64,000 nt of DNA from an uncultured Candidatus Saccharibacteria bacterium (GCA_964612415.1 CAZTCT010000002.1:13631-77630); one strand, 5' to 3'. Shown: positions 37,010-46,651, counted from the stretch's first letter. Notes: generated by a model not told the origin, from the sequence alone. Translations and numbers: made by a program.

Positions 37010-39013
37010 CTAATTTTTGTCCGCCTCGTGCTGGTAGAGCGGATCACATTCAAGGCACAAACCGAGCTCTTCAAGCCGGTCGAGATATTTTATCACAGTG
37101 ATGACATACTCTGAATGGCTCCATGCCAGGGGAGCTGCCGAAATCTGAGCTCCTGTCTCTGGGTCAAGTTGCTCGGAGAGCACCCCGCTTTTGCGGGCAT
37201 GATCGACTGTCCAGCGCAACCAGCCCTTGGCAACTGCGAAATCATTAGAATTTTTTGCCTTTGCGATGTAGTATTGCGCAAGCCATAGTGTGGTAATAAA
37301 CCACGGATTGCCCGTCACCTCCTTTCGGGTCTTGTAGAACTTGTCCCCTGTATATCGGGCGATGCCTCCAATGAGGGTTGGAGCTGCGAGCTTTTTTTCT
37401 ACAAGCATGATCATCTCATATAAGCGCGGATCATCCGGAGGAAGTACTCCAAACGCGAAAAGTCCGTACACACTGCTCATATCAAGAGTATCGTCAACAG
37501 TCTTTTTGCCTTGTTCAAAGTTTACAAGTTTGTAAAACATTTTTTGCTGCGGATCATAGAGGTGTGTCAAAATAGCTTCCTTCACCTCCTCTGCGGCACT
37601 TTTGTAATACTCCTGGCTTCGCTTTTTCCCAAGTAATGCTGCAAATTGCGACGCGGCATTCAGAGCGCCGTAGACCGTACAGGCAGTAAATGTGGAAATG
37701 CCGTACTTCTCTTCCCAGAGATCATAACTTGGATGTGGAAGTCGAGAAGTTTCATCTCTGAAAAGTACCATAAAGTCTGCTGCCTTTTTGATAAGCGAGT
37801 TGTAAATAGTTTCAATGAACTCCACATCGTGAGAAAGTGTGTAGTGCTTCCAGAGACTCAAGAGAACAAGGGCTGTTTCATCTTCTTGTATTGGGAGCTG
37901 AAATTCCCCTCCACGTATCCAGGGCTGCCATGAGCTTCCAAGCGATCCATCTGGACGATATTTGTGCATAAAATATCCGCCGTCAGAGATAATTTCATCA
38001 CACATACGGAAGAATCGCTGGGCGGAATTAAAGTCACCTGCCATATCGAGCGCCATAGAGGCATACGCTGCATCTCTCGGCCACATGTAGCTATATGTGT
38101 CTTTTCCGCCCTGGAGCATGTCTGAGTCGCCAGATGCGATGATAGAGCCGCGCATGTCCGTATGCGCTCGAATAACAAAAAGTGATTTCTTAAAAAGCTT
38201 GGTCACCGACTCATCTAGGTCGTGGAAATTAAACTTCTCCTTTTTTATCCATGCATTCCAAAAATCATGCGTTGTTCTGATCATATGCTCTGGAGTCTTA
38301 CTCATTGTGTAGTCAGAAATTTGTCGGGCTTCAGAGACAGATTCCGCTGAGACAAGCCAGTAATAAAGCACTTTCTCCTCCCGAGGATCATACACACGAT
38401 AAAATCCGACCACCGAGTCAGTGGGCCCATGCTCTATCGCATTGCGGGACAAAACCCCATCCTCAGCGTCTTTGTACGATCCTTCTTTGCCTTCAATATT
38501 GAAAACCCCAGTGGTGTAGTCATCAAAAGGCCTGTCATTACACCTGCCTCCGATAGCAAAAACTCGTTTACCGCTATAGTGAACGATTACATGATTGCGC
38601 GGGTCAAAATATGCCGTGTCACCACTGTGTGCACCTGAAATCTCAAACTCATGTGCAAAAAAAACTTTTATTGTTCGTTTTTGATCGGAAAGGTTGCGGG
38701 TAATACACCTGCGCAAAAAAACATTTTTTTCATTATAAATTGTGTCCGATATCTCAAGCTCTACTTGCAGTTGCTCATTACGGGCAATGGTCTTGCCAGC
38801 AAGCGCGTCATCGGCACTCTCCACACTCACCTTCCAAGATGGGTCGGAAAGCCATTTGAGTGTGCCGTCTACCCACACACCGATCCTATGTCGAGAGTGC
38901 CCACTGATATGATTTTCTAACCCAATGTACGGGAAATACAAATCCCGAACGAACGCGTGTTCGTCAAGGCAGACCATCATATTGCCGTTCCCTAGGGCAA
39001 GATGACGCGGCAT
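37010..39013 (-). CDS. GH15 family glucoamylase/glucodextranase-like glycoside hydrolase
   Basis: Archaeal-type GH15 N-domain plus (alpha/alpha)6 catalytic domain (recalled COG3387-like pattern). Confidence 0.75.
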   Translation of the reverse strand: MPRHLALGNGNMMVCLDEHAFVRDLYFPYIGLENHISGHSRHRIGVWVDGTLKWLSDPSWKVSVESADDALAGKTIARNEQLQVELEISDTIYNEKNVFLRRCITRNLSDQKRTIKVFFAHEFEISGAHSGDTAYFDPRNHVIVHYSGKRVFAIGGRCNDRPFDDYTTGVFNIEGKEGSYKDAEDGVLSRNAIEHGPTDSVVGFYRVYDPREEKVLYYWLVSAESVSEARQISDYTMSKTPEHMIRTTHDFWNAWIKKEKFNFHDLDESVTKLFKKSLFVIRAHTDMRGSIIASGDSDMLQGGKDTYSYMWPRDAAYASMALDMAGDFNSAQRFFRMCDEIISDGGYFMHKYRPDGSLGSSWQPWIRGGEFQLPIQEDETALVLLSLWKHYTLSHDVEFIETIYNSLIKKAADFMVLFRDETSRLPHPSYDLWEEKYGISTFTACTVYGALNAASQFAALLGKKRSQEYYKSAAEEVKEAILTHLYDPQQKMFYKLVNFEQGKKTVDDTLDMSSVYGLFAFGVLPPDDPRLYEMIMLVEKKLAAPTLIGGIARYTGDKFYKTRKEVTGNPWFITTLWLAQYYIAKAKNSNDFAVAKGWLRWTVDHARKSGVLSEQLDPETGAQISAAPLAWSHSEYVITVIKYLDRLEELGLCLECDPLYQHEADKN

Positions 39014-39019
39014 GAGATT

Positions 39020-39358
39020 TTATCGATATGAAGCAAGCCGTTTAGCAACCGCTTTTTGAGCAGCATTTTGACTTTTTGCTGCACGAAGCGATTTGGCACA
39101 TGCTGCATCTTGGAGTATGTCATTCACCCACGAGGCAAAGTCGTTGCGCCCCTTTTCAACATGATACCCGTACTGCTCCGCCGATATCTCCTTGAGCGCA
39201 GTTGAAAGTTCTTTGAGATCTTTGAGTACTGGGCCATTATTCACCCAAAAACACACTTCTGCAGAAGCAACGACTAGCTCCTTGCCTCTTTTCTTTGCAG
39301 GAGTTTTAGCTTTTGTTTTCGTTGTCTTCTTTGTTGTTTTTATAGTTTTCTTTTTCAT
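39020..39358 (-). CDS. Small protein with Lys-rich histone-like N-tail plus a conserved-looking C-domain (CFWVNNGPVLKDL...), hypothetical
   Basis: MKKKTIKTTKKTTKTKAKTPAKKRGK tail; embedded between GH15 and GH57 with 6-14 nt spacers. Confidence 0.5.
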   Translation of the reverse strand: MKKKTIKTTKKTTKTKAKTPAKKRGKELVVASAEVCFWVNNGPVLKDLKELSTALKEISAEQYGYHVEKGRNDFASWVNDILQDAACAKSLRAAKSQNAAQKAVAKRLASYR

Positions 39359-39371
39359 AATATTTTTTTAA

Positions 39372-40607
39372 TTATACCAAAAGTTTCTCTCTTTCTCCTC
39401 TCGCACCTTTACTTTCTCGCTCCACGCGTATCTTAAGATCGTTAATCGCGTTCATAAAAGCGATATACGCCTCGTATGGAGACTCATACGGATTGAAGTA
39501 TTTATGTACGTCTCCATCTGCAAACCACTTAGTGCACATGTAGTAGAAGTGGTCTGATGTTTGAAGTCTCCTCCAATCACGAATGATATCGAGATTCTTG
39601 GTTGCAAGTACCGCGTCTTCTAGCGCATAGATGCTTTCGAGTGCATTGTGCTGTAGTGGGTTAGACCTCCACGCAGAGAGATCTCGCTCAACATCAGCCC
39701 AAGACACATAGTGCGGAACGTCTAGCTCACCTACAGATGGATAGCGCAACGCCGCTTCAGTTGGCGTCACAAAGTCATTGTCGGGGTGTTTGAGTACTTC
39801 CCCAGGCAAAGCGCGCAAGAAATCAAAGATGCCTGTATCTGCCCATTGGTGCTCGCCAAACGTTTCGTAATCCATGAAGAGATTCACTACATTGCCATTT
39901 CCATTCACCGCAGATACCCATTGTGCAAACTGTGGTGCGGTAAGTGGGTACCCTGCCCAATCTCGAGAGGAAAAGCGGAAGGCAATGTCGTCTGAAAGGC
40001 GATAGTGTTTGAGTAAGAGCTTAATGTTTTTTGCACCCGGCGCGCTATAGAGGAAAGAAGGGCTTTTCCACCCAAGAATATGATCTGCTCCTTCCGCAAT
40101 GATGCCAAGATATCCCATCTCAGCGGCTGTTTTTGCAACTTCATTGCTGAAAATAAGCTCAGTATTTCTAAAGACACGTGGAGTGTAGCCAAAAAGTTTT
40201 TTGACTTTCTGCTTATGAAAAAGTACTTGCTTCTTGAATTCCTCTTTGGAGTAAAGGAAAGCGAGTGAATGAAAATATGTCTCACTCAGAATTTCAACTC
40301 TTCCTGTGTCCACAAGCCGCTTAAATGAGTCAAGTGTCTCTGGAGAAAATTCTTCAAGTTGATCCAAAAAGACCCCTGACAGGGAGAAGCTTACTCGAAA
40401 GTCTGGATATTGATTGAGCAAATCAAGAAGAACTGCGTTTGCTGGCAGGTAGCACTTCCCCGCTACCTTATTCAAAACTTTTCTATTGTTTGTGTCACGT
40501 TCCGCCTCATCATTGAAATATTGATGATCCTTCCCAATATCAAAAATTCGATATCGCTTAATGCGATATGGTTGGTGTACCTGAAAATAAAAGCAGACTG
40601 ACGCCAT
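39372..40607 (-). CDS. GH57 family alpha-glucan-active enzyme (amylase/branching-enzyme type)
   Basis: N-terminal CFYFQVHQPYR matches the GH57 (HQP) signature. Confidence 0.78.
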   Translation of the reverse strand: MASVCFYFQVHQPYRIKRYRIFDIGKDHQYFNDEAERDTNNRKVLNKVAGKCYLPANAVLLDLLNQYPDFRVSFSLSGVFLDQLEEFSPETLDSFKRLVDTGRVEILSETYFHSLAFLYSKEEFKKQVLFHKQKVKKLFGYTPRVFRNTELIFSNEVAKTAAEMGYLGIIAEGADHILGWKSPSFLYSAPGAKNIKLLLKHYRLSDDIAFRFSSRDWAGYPLTAPQFAQWVSAVNGNGNVVNLFMDYETFGEHQWADTGIFDFLRALPGEVLKHPDNDFVTPTEAALRYPSVGELDVPHYVSWADVERDLSAWRSNPLQHNALESIYALEDAVLATKNLDIIRDWRRLQTSDHFYYMCTKWFADGDVHKYFNPYESPYEAYIAFMNAINDLKIRVERESKGARGEREKLLV

Positions 40608-40609
40608 AA

Positions 40610-41824
40610 TTATTTTTTAAATAACGAATGATAAATATCAATGCACCTCTGTGCCGCACGCCTCCAATTGAGCCCTTGCACCTCTCCTCTACTGTAGTCT
40701 CTTAGAGTTGAGTGGAGTGTTGGGTGTTTCAACACACTCAAAATTTTATTTGCAGTCTCATCAATATCCCAGAAATCAACCTTGAGCGCATGAGTGAGTA
40801 CTTCCGATACGCCTGACTGCTTAGAGATAATGACAGGAACCCCGCTTGCGACCGCTTCAAGCGGAGTAATGCCAAAAGGCTCCGAAATAGAAGGCATTAC
40901 AAATACATCCGCGACTCGATAAAGCGATTTGAGATCATCTCCTCGCAAAAACCCGACAAAGAGGAGTTTCTCTCCTATCCCAAGATACGCCGCCTCATTC
41001 ATGATCTTGTGCTGCATATCTCCTGACCCAGAAACGACGAACAATACGTTTGGATCATGCTCCAGCACCTTCTTGGCTGCACGTACAAAATATTCAGGAC
41101 CCTTTTGTATTGTGATACGCCCCACGAAAAGAACGATTTTGCGCCCGCCAGCCTTGAGGGCAGCAAGACTATCGGCGTAAGATGACGGCGCCCACTCGTC
41201 GCCATCAACGCCATTATACACGACCTGAACCTTCTCTCTTGGCACTCCGTAGTGCACAACGAGTTTCTCCTTCGTTTGTTCACTTACTGCGATGATGAGA
41301 TCTGCCTCTTCCATTGATGAGCGCTCAATGTTGTACACATCCTGATTGACTCCATGCCCGCCAGTGCGATCAAACTCGGTGGCATGCACATGCAACACAA
41401 GCGGTTTACCACTTACACGCTTGGCTTGAACTCCTGCGAGAAATGAAAGCCAGTCATGTGCGTGGATTACATCAAAATCTTCCTCTTCTGCAATTTCACG
41501 GGCCAGCACACCATACCTTCTCACCTCATCTATCAGCGAAAGCGCGAACATGCCTTTCCCTTTGCGCAACATCTCGGCGTATTTCTCAGAGGTAAGGTAG
41601 GGGTACAGATACGCGGGCACATTTCTAAATTTCAAACTCACGCCTTTATCAGCAAAGCGCAGTTTTGCATATGGTGAATCTACGGGAACTGTTTTGGGGA
41701 GTACGAAAGTGACTGAAACGTCCTCCTCGCACAATGCCTTTGTGAGGCCAAAACATGCAGTCCCCAGCCCTCCACTATTGTGGGGTGGGAATTCCCATCC
41801 AAACATAAGAACTCGTAAAGGCAT
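40610..41824 (-). CDS. glgA: Glycogen synthase-like retaining glycosyltransferase (GT4/GT5)
   Basis: MPLRVLMFGWEFPPHNSGGLGTA N-terminus, GT-B C-terminal E-x7-E region; ORF-track start at 41869 adds 15 unconserved aa. Confidence 0.75.
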   Translation of the reverse strand: MPLRVLMFGWEFPPHNSGGLGTACFGLTKALCEEDVSVTFVLPKTVPVDSPYAKLRFADKGVSLKFRNVPAYLYPYLTSEKYAEMLRKGKGMFALSLIDEVRRYGVLAREIAEEEDFDVIHAHDWLSFLAGVQAKRVSGKPLVLHVHATEFDRTGGHGVNQDVYNIERSSMEEADLIIAVSEQTKEKLVVHYGVPREKVQVVYNGVDGDEWAPSSYADSLAALKAGGRKIVLFVGRITIQKGPEYFVRAAKKVLEHDPNVLFVVSGSGDMQHKIMNEAAYLGIGEKLLFVGFLRGDDLKSLYRVADVFVMPSISEPFGITPLEAVASGVPVIISKQSGVSEVLTHALKVDFWDIDETANKILSVLKHPTLHSTLRDYSRGEVQGLNWRRAAQRCIDIYHSLFKK

Positions 41825-42163
41825 TGGCGTTATATGAACTTCTGTGCGGGATAAAACAACGGGCAACAACTCTATGCGGCGCTAAGACTGAAAAAGAAAG
41901 TGGCGGGTACACATTGCCCCATCACATATAGCGCGTGTGGGAATGAGCCCGCCTTGCATAAAGTCATTACTTTTTATTTTCATGGTTGTACAGTGACGCT
42001 CGTTTGCTCGTGAGCGGTGCTATACGCAAATGACGGCAACCCGACTTTTGCCGAACTTTGCGCGCACACTTCATTTTAGCACGCAACTTCTCTCTTCTGC
42101 CATAAAAAATCTGTTAATAATGCGCTCCTGGCGCGAAATTGGGTATGGTATAGTTGTTCCTGT

Positions 42164-42883
42164 ATGAAAAAACAAAAACCGTCTAGCCGAAAAAAGCGAG
42201 TCAATCTACGTGAGTCAAAAATCCCGCGCAAACCTTACACACGAAAGGAAATTGAACACACCGCAAAGGAACGTATTGCACTTGTGGGACGTGAACTTTC
42301 AGACGGAATCTCATTTTCGCAGCGACATACCCGCTCAGTAACCGTCTTTGGATCAACACGATTGCGCCCAGGAAACCCTTTGTATAAAAAAGCGTACAGT
42401 CTTGCGAAGCGCATATCAAAAGAAGGATTCGCCATCACCACAGGGGGTGGCCCAGGAGCCATGGAGGCTGCGAATAAAGGCGCGCATGATGCAGGCGGGC
42501 ACTCACTTGGCTTTACCATTCGCCTCCCACAAGAAGAAGTGGCAAACCCATACGTAAATGAGTCGGTGAATTTCTATTACTTCTTTACGCGCAAAGTAGC
42601 TCTTTCATTTGCCGCAGAGGCTTATGTGTATTTCCCTGGTGGTTTTGGTACCTTAGACGAACTTTTTGAAATTCTTACCCTTGTACAGACTCACAAGATA
42701 CCGCCTGTGCCAATTATCCTTTTTGGCAAAGAATACTGGACACCCCTTGATACGTTCTTCAAAAAACACCTTGCACAAAAATATAAGACGATAGATAAAA
42801 AGGACACGGGGCTCTACATCATTACCGATAGTGAAGACAAGGCAATGGAGGCAATCAGGCGTGCCCCCATTAGAAGGAAGTAG
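42164..42883 (+). CDS. LOG-family (TIGR00730) nucleotide 5'-monophosphate phosphoribohydrolase
   Basis: GGGPGAMEA and PGGFGTLDELFE motifs. Confidence 0.82.
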   Translation: MKKQKPSSRKKRVNLRESKIPRKPYTRKEIEHTAKERIALVGRELSDGISFSQRHTRSVTVFGSTRLRPGNPLYKKAYSLAKRISKEGFAITTGGGPGAMEAANKGAHDAGGHSLGFTIRLPQEEVANPYVNESVNFYYFFTRKVALSFAAEAYVYFPGGFGTLDELFEILTLVQTHKIPPVPIILFGKEYWTPLDTFFKKHLAQKYKTIDKKDTGLYIITDSEDKAMEAIRRAPIRRK

Positions 42884-43133
42884 TCTTGTACCCTTCTGCT
42901 TTAAGTTTTTTGACCTTTTGGCTCGCTCCTTTATTGTACCCTCCAGCTTTGCCATCTGAGCGAATGACGCGATGGCAGGGAATGTTGGGGTTGTAATTGG
43001 TCTTCATGATCGCCCCTACAGCTCGCGCAGCATGTGGGTTACCCGCCCGCACCGCAACCTGCTTGTATGTAAGGACACTCCCCTTTGGAATCTTGCTCAC
43101 AATTGTGAGCACTTTGTCACGAAAGCTTTGCAT
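42870..43133 (-). CDS. ogt: Stand-alone MGMT C-terminal domain (methylated-DNA-protein-cysteine methyltransferase, 87 aa)
   Basis: PCHRV active-site motif with Cys retained; start 1 nt after the helicase stop. Confidence 0.8.
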   Translation of the reverse strand: MQSFRDKVLTIVSKIPKGSVLTYKQVAVRAGNPHAARAVGAIMKTNYNPNIPCHRVIRSDGKAGGYNKGASQKVKKLKAEGYKTTSF

Positions 43134-43134
43134 A

Positions 43135-46100
43135 TTATTGTGGCTTCATTGTCGCACGAAGCGCGCAATAATCGCAATCCTTCTTTCCGCATGTTTTGTC
43201 CCAGAACGCAAGACTGTAAATCTCGCTTCCAATCCGCTTCATTTCCCGCACAAGCTCGTCAACCTCGTCTTGAGATATCACAAAGCGTTCTTTTTTGAAC
43301 CGCCCCTTATCATCAGGCTCAACGAAGTCAATTTCACCAGTCTCCATCTTATATTTCCCTTCGTCATATCTGTCTAGCAGATATTTATAAAAAACAAGCT
43401 GCCGCTTATATTCCCCGTCGCTTGATTTAGTTTTACCTTCAATCGCATTACGTGAGCGTGGTTTTGATGTCTTGTAGTCAACCACATTTATTCCGCCATC
43501 TCCCTCCTCAATCTTATCGATTACCCCGCGCAATGTAATAATCAAAGGCTCGCCACTATTCTCAATGGTTAGATAAGGGCCAGCAATAGAAAATTCAGTT
43601 GCAATAGGCACCACCACTGAATGCTTGTACGCTTTGTAGTACCCCAAGAGCGCGCGCTTCCCTTTCGCGAGTAAATCAGTAAAGTCCGTCGCCGAAAGGG
43701 GCTCTCGCCCAAGAAGCCCAGCTAGGCGTTCTTCAAGAAAGCTCTCTGTCGGTGACTCTCCGGCTCGTAGCGCGTCATAATATTCTTTCAAGATACGGTG
43801 TATCACTGTTCCATACATTTGGAATTTAGAATATGGCCGCGGAATACGTACCAGGCTTACAAAAAAGTACTCCCATGGACAGCGCAGGTAATTATTAACC
43901 GCGGTGATGGAGAGGCCTTGTTCTAAAAAAAGCTCCTGCAAATATTTTTTGTCCGCAATTTCTGGGCCTTGATTTATACGAGGCGCAAAAATTCGCTCCT
44001 TTTCTTTTTGATATTTTGCTTCAAATTCGCCGACATCCTGCGACCTGATCAGCTTTACGTCAATTTCTCCGACAAACTGCGATGGAAGCTGATGCCGCCC
44101 ATCTATACTGGTTGAAGAATAGCTCAATGAAACTCCCTTGCGTGCTCGTGTGAGGAGCACATAGAAGAGCCTTCTTTCGTCCTCAACTTCACCTTCAAAC
44201 GACAGGGCAATGTCACCGCGCGCAACCCGGAAGGATGTTCGTGACCTTCTTCCTCCCCAGTGCTTGTCGTAAACACCGATTGCATATACATAATCAAACT
44301 CAAGTCCTTTTGCCTTGTGAGCCGTCATAAGACGCACGCCCCCGCCCCCTGCGCGATGCGGCATTTTTACAAGAACACCATGCCTCTCTAGAATCGCAAT
44401 GTACTCAAGAAAATCGCGCAACAAATATTCACGGTGGCCTAATACCGCTCTCTCTGCTTCAGTGAAAAACCCCTCGAGTGTTTCCATGCGCCTTGTGCCG
44501 CCTACTTCTGCAAGAATTGAGTGCAGGAAGCCTGACTCACGGACCACCACCTCAAGCGTTTCAAGGAGCCCGCGATTTCGGGCAAGCTTCCCCCACCCAG
44601 CCATGTTCTTCGCAAGCCTCAATATTGTCTCTTGCGCTTCTACGCCTGCTTTCTCTAATACTTTTTTTGACTTCATAGTCCCGTATAATGGGATTCGCTC
44701 CTTTCGCGCATGTGATATGACGCGATGCACATCAATATTGGGGATACCAAGAAAATCAATGTAGAGCGCCGCGGCAAGTACTGTGTCATCTCCCAGGTCC
44801 TCAACGGCGCGCAATAGTGCAATAAGCTTGCGAAGATCTTGGTCGCTTAAAAGGTCTCTGTCGGAGAGAACTATAAATGGTATGTCACTCTTTTCTAGAT
44901 ATCTGAGCACTGTATGCGCATCATTATTATCCCTGTAAAAAATGGCAATCTCTTCGGGTGGGACTCCATCAGAGATTTTCTTTCTTATGTCATCAACGAG
45001 GAAAAAATACTCATATTCAGGGGAAGAAAATTCGGAGAGGAGTATGGGAGCAGGGCCTGCTTCCTTTTTTGCCACCAGAGGGGCATGGAGCGTTTTGTCG
45101 TCAACCCTGTTGTGCAATATAACGCTATGCGCTGCATCAAGAATATCTTGTCGGGAGCGATAGTTCTCCGTCAGTGTAATAATGAGTGCGCTCGGGAATT
45201 TGTCTTTGAAGTATAGGAAGTTCGCCAGAGAGGCGCCTTGGAATCTGAAGATTGCTTGCTTCTCATCTCCCACAATAAAAAGATTGGGGTCCTCGTGGAA
45301 ACTTGCGAGAAGCTCAAGGATACGATTTTGCGCATTGTTCGTATCCTGGTGTTCGTCCGCGAGAATATACTGGTAGTTTTCCTGCAGACCAAGGAGAAAA
45401 TCTGAATTGCGCTCCATAGCACGCACTGCCTCAATGATCATGTCCTCATAGTCATACTTCTTATCTGCTTCAATTTCTTCCTGATACATTTGATACGCTC
45501 GCGCAAGCTCTTTTGTCTTCTCAATATCCTTTAATTCCTGTAAATACGCTCCCTTCATTTTGCCTTTGTGCGCGCCCTTTTCATGATAAAGATCCGGCAA
45601 CTGATTGAACGCATCTTCGGACTGCTCAACGATGCGCGTAAACACATCGGGAGCAATCCCCTCGCGCTTGAGATGTTGTATCGCCCCTAAAATAGAACGG
45701 ACGTAGAAAAACACATCTCCGTAAGGACGAAGAAGGTTGAATCCTCCTTTTTCGAGTACGCGCTCAACAATAGCGATCCTATCTACATCCGTTGCGCTTG
45801 TTCCGCCGATAATTCTAGGGAACTCATCGGGGTACGTAATAATGAGGTCTTGGCAAAATGAATGGAAAGTCATGATATTGACCCGGTAGGCCGGACTTCC
45901 AATAATCTCCACTAGACGTTTGCGCATTGAATGCGCACCCGACTCTGTAAATGTAAGCGCAAGAATATTTTCGGGCATCGTGTCGGTCTTGAGAAGAATG
46001 TTCGCGATACGCAGCGTAAGTGTTTGTGTCTTGCCTGTCCCAGGGCCGGCAATAACCATGACAGGCCCCTCTATCGCATCCACGGCTTGTTGCTGTGCCT

Positions 46101-46161
46101 TGTTAAGCCTCTTATATTCACGCTGAAATGTAGCCGCATCCATTGGCTCATTATAGCCCAT
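43135..46161 (-). CDS. UvrD/PcrA-type SF1 helicase fused to a C-terminal PD-(D/E)xK nuclease with Cys cluster (AddA/AdnA-like)
   Basis: Walker A GPGTGKTQ, UvrD motifs, C-terminal VVDYKTSK plus CGKKDCDYC. Start taken at MGYNEPMD (46161), because the ORF-track Met at 46182 lies inside the upstream terminator hairpin. Confidence 0.8.
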   Translation of the reverse strand: MGYNEPMDAATFQREYKRLNKAQQQAVDAIEGPVMVIAGPGTGKTQTLTLRIANILLKTDTMPENILALTFTESGAHSMRKRLVEIIGSPAYRVNIMTFHSFCQDLIITYPDEFPRIIGGTSATDVDRIAIVERVLEKGGFNLLRPYGDVFFYVRSILGAIQHLKREGIAPDVFTRIVEQSEDAFNQLPDLYHEKGAHKGKMKGAYLQELKDIEKTKELARAYQMYQEEIEADKKYDYEDMIIEAVRAMERNSDFLLGLQENYQYILADEHQDTNNAQNRILELLASFHEDPNLFIVGDEKQAIFRFQGASLANFLYFKDKFPSALIITLTENYRSRQDILDAAHSVILHNRVDDKTLHAPLVAKKEAGPAPILLSEFSSPEYEYFFLVDDIRKKISDGVPPEEIAIFYRDNNDAHTVLRYLEKSDIPFIVLSDRDLLSDQDLRKLIALLRAVEDLGDDTVLAAALYIDFLGIPNIDVHRVISHARKERIPLYGTMKSKKVLEKAGVEAQETILRLAKNMAGWGKLARNRGLLETLEVVVRESGFLHSILAEVGGTRRMETLEGFFTEAERAVLGHREYLLRDFLEYIAILERHGVLVKMPHRAGGGGVRLMTAHKAKGLEFDYVYAIGVYDKHWGGRRSRTSFRVARGDIALSFEGEVEDERRLFYVLLTRARKGVSLSYSSTSIDGRHQLPSQFVGEIDVKLIRSQDVGEFEAKYQKEKERIFAPRINQGPEIADKKYLQELFLEQGLSITAVNNYLRCPWEYFFVSLVRIPRPYSKFQMYGTVIHRILKEYYDALRAGESPTESFLEERLAGLLGREPLSATDFTDLLAKGKRALLGYYKAYKHSVVVPIATEFSIAGPYLTIENSGEPLIITLRGVIDKIEEGDGGINVVDYKTSKPRSRNAIEGKTKSSDGEYKRQLVFYKYLLDRYDEGKYKMETGEIDFVEPDDKGRFKKERFVISQDEVDELVREMKRIGSEIYSLAFWDKTCGKKDCDYCALRATMKPQ

Positions 46162-46195
46162 AAGAAAAAGCCCCCACACCATCTGTTTGGTGTGG
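46162..46195 (-). terminator. Intrinsic terminator downstream of the cytochrome c gene (CCACACC-loop-GGTGTGG + CTTTTTCTT)
   Basis: Read on the minus strand; a second GCCCG...CGGGC hairpin at 46209..46228. Confidence 0.7.
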
Positions 46196-46242
46196 AGGCT
46201 TGGGGTAAGCCCGACTTGTAAGGCGGGCGTTTGTTGTAAGGC

Positions 46243-46614
46243 TTACTGGGAGCCGGCCAGGCTCAAGACGAAGTCCACGAGCGTCGCGATATCACCGTCG
46301 GAGACACGCGGGCTGTAGGGCGGCATGGGCACACCACCAGTGACTTCGGTCCAGTTGCCCTTGCCGCCGGCCTTGACCTTGGCGACGAGTGCGTCCTTGG
46401 CGCCGGCATCACCCTGATACTTCTTGGATACGTCCATCCATGCCGGACCGACGACCTTCTTGTCGATGGCGTGGCAGGCGATACAGCCGCTTGATTTGGC
46501 CAGGTCGGGCATTTCGGCGGCGTTGGCGGGGACATTGGGCAGCAGAATGATACAGGAAACGATGATTGCCAGCGCGATCGGCATCAGTATGCGGTTAAGG
46601 GTTCCCTGAAACAT
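46243..46614 (-). CDS. Class I c-type cytochrome (cytochrome c551/c552-like) with signal peptide; compositionally foreign (GC-rich) gene
   Basis: CIACH haem-binding motif; GCIACHAIDKKVVGPAWMDV...GVPMPP closely resembles Pseudomonas cytochrome c-551 (recalled); GGAGGG Shine-Dalgarno at -8; GC3 strongly elevated. Confidence 0.85.
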   Translation of the reverse strand: MFQGTLNRILMPIALAIIVSCIILLPNVPANAAEMPDLAKSSGCIACHAIDKKVVGPAWMDVSKKYQGDAGAKDALVAKVKAGGKGNWTEVTGGVPMPPYSPRVSDGDIATLVDFVLSLAGSQ

Positions 46615-46651
46615 GCGTATTTCCCTCCTTCAGTCTTGTGGATTTAAGGTA

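Noticed and set aside
46243-46614. Treating the GC-rich cytochrome c gene as a simple contaminant contig join
   Set aside because: Not dismissed outright. The composition change tracks the ORF ends, and host-style terminator hairpins and AT-rich spacers flank both sides, which favours genuine integration. Read-level evidence is still required.
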